This document shows, piece by piece, positions 26,242 to 32,000 of a stretch of 32,000 bases of DNA. The notes under the pieces were generated by a model. It made no database searches, had not been told where the DNA came from, and worked only from the letters and a program-made list of their open reading frames with translations. The DNA comes from Aciduliprofundum boonei T469. Lineage in GTDB: Archaea > Thermoplasmatota > Thermoplasmata > Thermoplasmatales > Aciduliprofundaceae. The DNA is taken from assembly GCF_000025665.1 (NCBI RefSeq), contig NC_013926.1, positions 240,001 to 272,000 on the forward strand. Reading direction: 5' to 3'. How positions within the stretch are numbered: position 1 is the stretch's first letter; each line of letters begins with the position of its first letter. Position numbers and translations under genes: made by a program.

Positions 26242-26382
26242 ATGATAATCATGGACAGGGTATTGGAAATATTCGATAAATGGATGGCATACGAACTTTA
26301 CAAGGATGGAACGATGAGCAAGAATGAGTTCTTAAAAATAATGAACTTTGAAAAATACCACACTGCTAAGATGCCTTCATAA
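26242..26382 (+). CDS. Possible 46-aa small protein (below the ORF-track cutoff)
   Basis: ATG 26242 lies 13 nt after the previous stop. It translates to MIIMDRVLEIFDKWMAYELYKDGTMSKNEFLKIMNFEKYHTAKMPS. Only position and non-repetitive composition support it. Confidence 0.25.
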   Translation: MIIMDRVLEIFDKWMAYELYKDGTMSKNEFLKIMNFEKYHTAKMPS

Positions 26383-26410
26383 ACCTGAGAATCATCTACA
26401 CAGAATTTAC

Positions 26411-26681
26411 TCATATTTTCTTATATGCTTTACCCCTTACAATACTACCAAAATTTCTATTTGCATCTCCTTTATCTTTTATGTACAACACGGTAATCCC
26501 CTATCCTCACACGATAAATGTTTTCTCTCCCCTTTATCTTTTTGAGATCGTAGGTTTTTATAGGAATGGGTGAAATTTTAAGGACATTCAGCAATTCGTC
26601 TATTTTTGATTTTATATCTTGGGGAAGGTTATCAATCTGCTTTCTTACCCTTTTAGTTGCAATTATTGTTATTTCACTCAT
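26411..26681 (-). pseudogene. relE: RelE/ParE-family toxin gene interrupted by a frameshift
   Basis: Frame 1 reads ...KKIKGRENIYRVRIGDYRVVHKR and then stops at 26472. The adjacent frame continues YIKDKGDANRNFGSIVRGKAYKKI to a stop at 26411. This restores the GDYRV.Y...RG(K/R)AYK ending that I recall for archaeal RelE. Confidence 0.7.
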
Positions 26682-26821
26682 TGCTCTTCCCTCAAAGCTT
26701 CTCTCAATTCTTCCTCACTAACTACCTCTCCTCTCTCAACTTCTTCTAGAGCTTGTTCAAGCTCTCTTTCTTCTTCCTCGCCTATTAAAATCTCTTTTAT
26801 TATCACCGCTTCTGCTCCCAT
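26678..26821 (-). CDS. 47-aa putative RelB-like antitoxin (below the ORF-track cutoff)
   Basis: MGAEAVIIKEILIGEEEERELEQALEEVERGEVVSEEELREALREEQ. Its TGA overlaps the relE ATG as ATGA (26678-26681), which is the classic antitoxin-toxin arrangement. Confidence 0.6.
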   Translation of the reverse strand: MGAEAVIIKEILIGEEEERELEQALEEVERGEVVSEEELREALREEQ

Positions 26822-26930
26822 AATTCATCTATATTTTCCTTCTATTTTAAACTTTTCTCATCAAATCCCATAAAACAGAGTTATTTTTCAGATAGCATAG
26901 ACTTGAGCTTATTGCAAAACTCTCATTCTC

Positions 26931-27030
26931 CCAGCAACCATTTCCACAATGAATATACTTAATCTCTCCTTCTTCGCAATCCCAAGTAATCACAGCCTTT
27001 TTCTTACATCTCAATTCCTCTGTAGCTTTC
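26931..27030. repeat. Copy A of a diverged ~100-bp direct repeat flanking vapBC
   Basis: Hand alignment with 27727-27830 gives about 77 identical of about 104 columns. It includes the identical run AACCATTTCCACAATG and CTTTTTCTTACA. Confidence 0.7.
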
Positions 27031-27086
27031 TATAGCGCTTTTTCACTTAAGAAAACTTTAAAATAAGAGGAGCAGATAAGTAAACT

Positions 27087-27275
27087 ATGGAAAATTTGAA
27101 TAATTCACCAATAAGCAAATATCTAAATGATATCCCAAATAAGAAGTTAGTGGAAGAACTGCTAAAGATATGGGAGAAAAAACTAAAACTTGTAGAGGAA
27201 ATAGAGAGTATGAATTTACCGGTTGATGACTGGGATAAAATGGAAGAAGAGATAATAGGAGGAGCTGTTGAATGA
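27087..27275 (+). CDS. Putative VapB-like antitoxin (62 aa)
   Basis: Small acidic ORF whose stop overlaps the PIN-protein ATG as ATGA (27272-27275). I recognised no DNA-binding motif by eye. Confidence 0.6.
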   Translation: MENLNNSPISKYLNDIPNKKLVEELLKIWEKKLKLVEEIESMNLPVDDWDKMEEEIIGGAVE

Positions 27276-27697
27276 TATTCATAGATACAAGCATATTTAT
27301 GTACGCTGCTGGCAAAGAGCACCCCAACAAAGAACCTTCTGTAAAACTTCTGCAATTGATAGCAGTAGGCGAAATAGAAGCTGTAATCAATGTTGAGGTA
27401 TTGCAAGAGATATTTCACAGATACACAATGATAAAAATGAAGAAGAAGGGAATACAACTTGCTAAGAATATTATATCTCTCGTTCCAAGAATTTATTCAA
27501 TAGAGATAAGCGACGCTATAAGAGCTATGGATATACTGGAAAGATATGATATTACTTCAAGAGATGCTATTCACATGGCCTTTATGCTGAACAGAAATAT
27601 CAAGGAAGTTTGCACCTATGATCGACATTTTTTTAGAATTGAAGAAATAAAAGCTTACAAACCAGAAGATTTAATAGAGCGTTATAATATTATATAA
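27272..27697 (+). CDS. vapC: PIN-domain ribonuclease toxin
   Basis: MIFIDTSIF (first acidic residue), VEVLQEI, SRDAIHMA and YDRHF supply the conserved PIN acidic positions. At 141 aa it sits downstream of a small coupled ORF. Confidence 0.85.
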   Translation: MIFIDTSIFMYAAGKEHPNKEPSVKLLQLIAVGEIEAVINVEVLQEIFHRYTMIKMKKKGIQLAKNIISLVPRIYSIEISDAIRAMDILERYDITSRDAIHMAFMLNRNIKEVCTYDRHFFRIEEIKAYKPEDLIERYNII

Positions 27698-27705
27698 TTC
27701 TTTGT

Positions 27706-27946
27706 TCATTGATCTTTATTCCATCTCCAGTAACCATTTCCACAATGGAGTATACCTAATTTCCCCCTCTTCTCCATAGTCCCATGTTATTACCGTCTTT
27801 TTCTTACACCCTAGCTCTTCACTAGCCTTCTCCACAGCTCTTATCTCTCTTCTCTCAATCTCATCATTTCCAATGTACTCTCTTACTCATGCTTCAATGA
27901 CTTCGGACAGGTAACTGATTTTATATAGTTTGATTTCATAATACAT
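27706..27946 (-). pseudogene. Decayed small gene: ribbon-helix-helix-like N-terminus plus Cys-containing C-terminus
   Basis: The minus strand from ATG 27946 reads MYYEIKLYKISYLSEVIEA, then an in-frame TGA, then VREYIGNDEIERREIRAVEKASEELGCKKKTVITWDYGEEGEIRYT. Relative to copy A, a 1-nt insertion then shifts it out of the HCGNG.W frame. Confidence 0.4.
27727..27830. repeat. Copy B of the diverged direct repeat flanking vapBC
   Basis: See copy A. Copy B lies inside the decayed gene at 27706-27946. Confidence 0.7.
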
Positions 27947-28229
27947 ATGGTTGATACAGGGGGTCACAATCGGAGGATTTAGATACTCATTTTCCCGCGA
28001 TATGGGAGAATTGAATGAAGATATGCTTAATACCCTGCTCTCCATGCTCAAGGTGAAGGATACTGCCAGGAGGTATCTAGAATGAATATTCCAAAAATAG
28101 ATTTAAAAGAACTGGAAGAGATAAAGCACAAAAACTTTGAAGATAGGCTGAAATTCATTGAAGTTTACGCTGAGTGGCTCAAAAAACACAAAATGAAGGC
28201 AGAAAAGGTGAAAGAATAAACTCTTATCA

Positions 28230-28808
28230 TTAACGTATATCATTTTCTAACATTGATATCAGCTCAACAAGCTCTCTAATATCCTCGATTCTGTAGTCTC
28301 CCTTGCCCATTCTCACACCCACCGTTATACATCCTGCCCTCTTACCAGCAATTATATCGTAGTCATAATCGCCCACCACTATGCATTCATCCTTGCTCAC
28401 ATTAAACTTCTTGAGCAGGTAATTCACCGCCTCATCGCTGGGTTTTGGCTCAAACTCATCCTCCCGGGTTATTATGGCATCAAACTCTTTTACATAATCT
28501 CCCAGCGCAATAATCGTAGCCTTTTTAGAATTTCTGGTCAGCACTGCCTTTTTTATGCCCCTCTCCTTCAGAAACTCTAATACGCTGGGCAGTGAACTTG
28601 CAATCCTTGCCTTCTTTGCCCTTTTTATCTCCTCCCTCTCCAAAAGCTTCAGATACTCTTCGCCCCTAGCCTTTAAAAATTCGTAAAGGTGCTTAGGTGC
28701 ATCCTCTATGCCCATCTCATTAAGAATTCTCTCACGCATCTCGGAAAATGGTATTGTGTTCTCAACGATAGTATCATCAAGATCAAATATAACAAGCTTT
28801 ATTGCCAC
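28230..28808 (-). CDS. HAD-superfamily phosphatase (phosphoglycolate phosphatase-like)
   Basis: Motif I is IFDLDDTIV, motif II is VLTRNS and motif IV is VGDYDYDIIAG. The start is GTG. Confidence 0.85.
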   Translation of the reverse strand: MAIKLVIFDLDDTIVENTIPFSEMRERILNEMGIEDAPKHLYEFLKARGEEYLKLLEREEIKRAKKARIASSLPSVLEFLKERGIKKAVLTRNSKKATIIALGDYVKEFDAIITREDEFEPKPSDEAVNYLLKKFNVSKDECIVVGDYDYDIIAGKRAGCITVGVRMGKGDYRIEDIRELVELISMLENDIR

Positions 28809-28928
28809 ATTAACACCATATCCTCGGGAGATTTAACATTTTTGCAAAGTATTTTATTTTATAAAATGATTTTTATAGCATACTTTTAAATACTAGCACT
28901 GTAGTAGTAAATATGGGAGGTGAGAAAA

Positions 28929-29147
28929 ATGAAAACTGATAAAGAGAGAATAGCAGAGATATTCGAAAAGCTATCAAAAGAGAAGATAGATATGCATTCA
29001 GAGAAATTTCCGAGCATAGTCAGAGAACAGGGATTTGAGCATGTGCGCACCGAAGAGAATGGTGCATTCATCCTCCAAGATGTGCAAACTCGCAAATATC
29101 TCCGCGTAAAGAGTAAAGAAGATTTTGAAGAAATAGAGAGGCCTTAA
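28929..29147 (+). CDS. Hypothetical 72-aa protein
   Basis: GGGAGGTGA (28915-28923) lies 5 nt upstream of ATG 28929. The composition is charged and non-repetitive. I recognised no family. Confidence 0.5.
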   Translation: MKTDKERIAEIFEKLSKEKIDMHSEKFPSIVREQGFEHVRTEENGAFILQDVQTRKYLRVKSKEDFEEIERP

Positions 29148-29153
29148 GTCATT

Positions 29154-29182
29154 TGGGGGCTGAGCCAGCAACTCAACCCTCA
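29154..29182. terminator. Imperfect hairpin between convergent genes
   Basis: TGGGGGCTGAG, a 7-nt loop, then CTCAACCCTCA: 10 of 11 positions pair, counting one G-U. It is GC-rich relative to its surroundings and lies between the stops at 29147 and 29197. Confidence 0.3.
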
Positions 29183-29196
29183 TCCCATAACTGGAT

Positions 29197-29946
29197 TTAA
29201 TCCTCACACAACTCTCTCACAATTCTACCATCTGGAAGCATACAATCCTCGTGATACTCTCCTCGCTCTTCCATCTGATAACGAGTGCAGCTTTCCCAAT
29301 CACCCCTGCAGTAAAGCTCTATCCATCTCCTATCTAATTTCCCCTCTTTGTAATATCGTACTATTGGACAACAGCACATCCATTTACAGTTATTTTTGAA
29401 AATTCCCAATTTTCTATAATGTTCTTCCAAAATTTCTCTTTTAGAATCATCATAAAGCAAGGTAGATGGATGTTCAAGAGGATAAATCTTGATTTCTCCA
29501 GTCCATATCAATTTTCCATAAATGGGGGGAGAATTAACATTATACTTTTGAAAAATGTACCTTGTAGCAAAATAGCCAAGAGGGACAAGTATCTCGGGAT
29601 TTACAATTTCAATCTCTTTATCCAAAAAATAACTGCACGCTGAAATCTCTCCCTCTTTCGGCTTCCTGTAATTTGGAAGGAAACACTTTATTAGATTTGT
29701 CATGTAAACTTCCTCTCTCTTCAACCCTGCGATCTCCAAAAGTTCATCTAGAATCTTTCCACTGGGTCCAACAAACATTTTTCCCGTTTCGTCCTCTTTC
29801 TCTCCAGGAGCTTGTGCTATTAGCATGAGCTTGGCATCCAAATTTCCCTCTCCAACAACAGCATTTTTTCTAGTTGCATACAGCTTGCATCTCTCACATT
29901 TTCTTATCTCTTCGTTTAGCTCTTTCATTCTCTCCTTTTTTAACAT
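29197..29946 (-). CDS. Family-4 (Fe-S) uracil-DNA glycosylase with a ~65-aa Cys-rich C-terminal extension
   Basis: CERCKL, GEGNLDAKLMLIAQAPGEKEDETGKMFVGPSGKILDELL, LIKC and LEHPS motifs. GAGGTG lies 6 nt upstream of ATG 29946; the ORF track starts at GTG 29955. Confidence 0.85.
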   Translation of the reverse strand: MLKKERMKELNEEIRKCERCKLYATRKNAVVGEGNLDAKLMLIAQAPGEKEDETGKMFVGPSGKILDELLEIAGLKREEVYMTNLIKCFLPNYRKPKEGEISACSYFLDKEIEIVNPEILVPLGYFATRYIFQKYNVNSPPIYGKLIWTGEIKIYPLEHPSTLLYDDSKREILEEHYRKLGIFKNNCKWMCCCPIVRYYKEGKLDRRWIELYCRGDWESCTRYQMEERGEYHEDCMLPDGRIVRELCED

Positions 29947-29965
29947 ATTTGACACCTCTAGATTT

Positions 29966-32000
29966 TTATCTCCTCTTTTTAAAATATATTGCTAAAATTA
30001 GCAAAATAACCACAATAACAGCAATAGCTGTAATATAAACATACGGAAATTCGCTGTTTTCTTTGATTTTCCAAACAAAAGGATGTTTTAGGGGTTTGTA
30101 ATCTGTATTATTGGCATCTATAACATAGGGATAATCAACTATCCCATCATTATTCTTATCGTTTGTATTGTTCTTATTAGCCCACCATTCCCAGTAATTG
30201 CCATATTTGCTATTATTCCAGTAATTAAGATTGTTCTCGAGATGAGTAACCGACGGTAATCCCCCAGAGGTTACGCACACCAATTTTGAGAAATCTATAT
30301 ACTCTAGCATCGGACCTTTATACATGAAATTATTGAGGTATATGCGATTACCATAAGAATTAGAGAGTGAGAGATAACACACAGTTCCCCAGTTTAAAGA
30401 TATATTTAGAAAATCCGTTAGAAGAAGAGTTAAATTGTTTCCCTCTATCAAATTGTTATTGGATACTTCCAAACTCAACCCTACACCCTTGAATTCAACA
30501 TCGTTTCTAAATATTGTGGAATTAGCAACTCCAAAGAGATACATTCCAGATTGATTAAGCTTGTTGTAGCTTATATTTACCTTTGAATAATAGATGTGCT
30601 TGTATGTTAGTGTTCCATTATTAAACTCATAATATCCACTCACTACTATACCTAGCCCGTTATTTATAGTGTTATGAGTAATATCTATAAGTGTTGAATT
30701 GAACACGCTTATAGAACAACCAAAATCTCCATAAGATTCCATTAGATTATTCTCTGTGCGGATATTTTTAGAATTGCCAATAGATATAGAAGCATAATAA
30801 ATTTTATTTCTTTTAATCACCACATTTTCAGAGTGAACCACATTAATTCCCAAGCCACCAAGTATCCAGCAATCAGAGAGCTCAACATACAAAGTGATAT
30901 TGCTCAAAGATATATCCCCATTTCCCGTAGTCTGGAATATCATAATATGTGATATCTGTATTGGTGAGTCCTTAGTGCCATTTCCCTTCCAGCCATATCT
31001 AGATGCATAATTCAGCAATTCCTCATTACCACTTATATCCAAGCTTCTAAATTCCTTATATCCGAAGGGCCTCCAAGGTTTCAAGAATGGAAATCCTAAA
31101 TAGGCGAGCATGGCAATGTGCTCATCAAAGTAAGTTTTATTTGCTGTAACTGTGTGTATATAATCTACAAGAGCCTTGCCAAAGCTCATCCCCTCTCCAA
31201 TATTCATATGATAATAGAGCAAAGGTTCTGGACTTCCCTCAGCAGTGTAAGTAAGCACGCCTAGAGATTTGGAGTTTTTGCTCATAATCAAATAATTCGC
31301 AATTGCGCCCCTTTCAAATGAGGCGGCATAGCAACTAAAATCCGTATAAAAGAGTGCATTTATGTGCGTTAGCTCCTCTGGATATACTTTCTTGTATCCG
31401 CCTGGTGTTTTAATAATATAAGACTTACCATCCGAGTGGGCAATAAAATAAGCATAAGCATAGTCATTAGATAAGAATTTTAAGAATGTGGTGGAATTAG
31501 TATTTTGGTCCACAACTTCTTCTCCAACATAAAGGGAGGTCAAGGATGATTTTATCTTATCATCTAAATATAGAAAATCGTCATCAATAAACGCTCCACT
31601 TTGAACTCTGGGATAATATTTTCCATCAATATAATCTATTGTCTTATTTATATATTCCTTGATCTGTGTTACATTGTTTCCGTTCTCATTTGTAGACCTC
31701 ACTATGCCAACCCAGATATCGGGAAAATAGTTTCCGGTGGGTGTGTCAATTATGCCATCTCCATCGGTGTCTTTCCACTCTCCATTCAAATCCATGTAGT
31801 AGTAAGGAAATTCTATAACCTCCCCAATAGCTTTATCTTCATACCTTGCCAGGGGTATATTGCCTATGAGCACCGCACCCCCTATGGATTTAGATTCATA
31901 CTCTTCCTTTATAATTTCCCTTATCTCTTCAGGATTTTTTCCACTAACATTTTTAATGATAAAATAGTAAAAATAGTTGGCATTTTGCATTGACTCTTCA
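29966..32000 (-). CDS. Secreted/surface protein with parallel beta-helix repeats and a C-terminal sorting-signal-like tail; 5' end outside the window
   Basis: The frame is still open at base 32000. Repetitive N/G/I-rich turns (ISLSNITLYVELSDCWILGGLGINVVHSENVVIKRNKIYYASISIGNS...) resemble PbH1/NosD-type beta-helix repeats. The C-terminus is SEFPYVYITAIAVIVVILLILAIYFKKRR. Confidence 0.75.
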   Translation of the reverse strand, partial: EESMQNANYFYYFIIKNVSGKNPEEIREIIKEEYESKSIGGAVLIGNIPLARYEDKAIGEVIEFPYYYMDLNGEWKDTDGDGIIDTPTGNYFPDIWVGIVRSTNENGNNVTQIKEYINKTIDYIDGKYYPRVQSGAFIDDDFLYLDDKIKSSLTSLYVGEEVVDQNTNSTTFLKFLSNDYAYAYFIAHSDGKSYIIKTPGGYKKVYPEELTHINALFYTDFSCYAASFERGAIANYLIMSKNSKSLGVLTYTAEGSPEPLLYYHMNIGEGMSFGKALVDYIHTVTANKTYFDEHIAMLAYLGFPFLKPWRPFGYKEFRSLDISGNEELLNYASRYGWKGNGTKDSPIQISHIMIFQTTGNGDISLSNITLYVELSDCWILGGLGINVVHSENVVIKRNKIYYASISIGNSKNIRTENNLMESYGDFGCSISVFNSTLIDITHNTINNGLGIVVSGYYEFNNGTLTYKHIYYSKVNISYNKLNQSGMYLFGVANSTIFRNDVEFKGVGLSLEVSNNNLIEGNNLTLLLTDFLNISLNWGTVCYLSLSNSYGNRIYLNNFMYKGPMLEYIDFSKLVCVTSGGLPSVTHLENNLNYWNNSKYGNYWEWWANKNNTNDKNNDGIVDYPYVIDANNTDYKPLKHPFVWKIKENSEFPYVYITAIAVIVVILLILAIYFKKRR

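Noticed and set aside
26619-26873. 84-aa plus-strand ORF rich in Ser/Leu
   Set aside because: It is the mirror image of the acidic 47-aa antitoxin ORF on the minus strand, which has the proper ATGA coupling to relE.
27047-27457. Minus-strand ORFs of 136 aa and 101 aa overlapping vapB/vapC
   Set aside because: The plus strand encodes a well-formed coupled antitoxin/PIN pair. The minus-strand products are Ser/Leu/Phe-rich with no recognisable motif.
1-32000. Searched by eye for CRISPR arrays, tRNA/rRNA genes and long tandem repeats
   Set aside because: I saw no regularly spaced 25-40-bp repeats, no tRNA-like GC-rich cloverleaf segments (no GTTCGAATC-type T-loops) and no rRNA-like regions. A covariance-model scan (tRNAscan-SE/Infernal) would be needed to exclude small RNAs formally.

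Overview
AT-rich archaeal chromosomal window. The archaeal call rests on an AglH/MraY-family phosphosugar transferase, an archaeosortase, a family-4 Fe-S uracil-DNA glycosylase, TATA-like boxes about 26 nt upstream of start codons, and GGAGGTG-type ribosome-binding sites. I cannot name the species. Bases ~1.3-23.7 kb form one large surface-glycan/N-glycosylation island. It holds an initiating phosphosugar transferase, six GT4-like and one GT2 glycosyltransferases, a Wzx-type flippase and rmlABCD. It also holds a UDP-N-acetylhexosamine-type dehydrogenase, a PIG-L/LmbE deacetylase, a WbqC-family protein, a sulfotransferase, a pyruvyl transferase, a radical SAM/SPASM enzyme and a 618-aa polytopic membrane protein. 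A 952-bp IS with an intact 8-bp target duplication interrupts the island, and its centre (12.2-20.4 kb) is far more AT-rich than the flanks. An archaeosortase gene abuts the island. About 5 kb further on, a sequon-rich beta-helix surface protein ends in a sortase-type signal (motif, TM helix, KKRR). Between them lie several smaller elements: a 182-nt almost G-free tract; an array of ATTGTGAA inverted repeats in front of a three-gene cassette of unknown function; a relBE locus with a frameshifted toxin; a vapBC locus flanked by diverged direct repeats made of decayed antitoxin-like genes; a HAD hydrolase; and a UDG with a Cys-rich C-terminal extension. I found no rRNA, tRNA or CRISPR array. All homology calls come from motifs recognised by eye; no database search was run.
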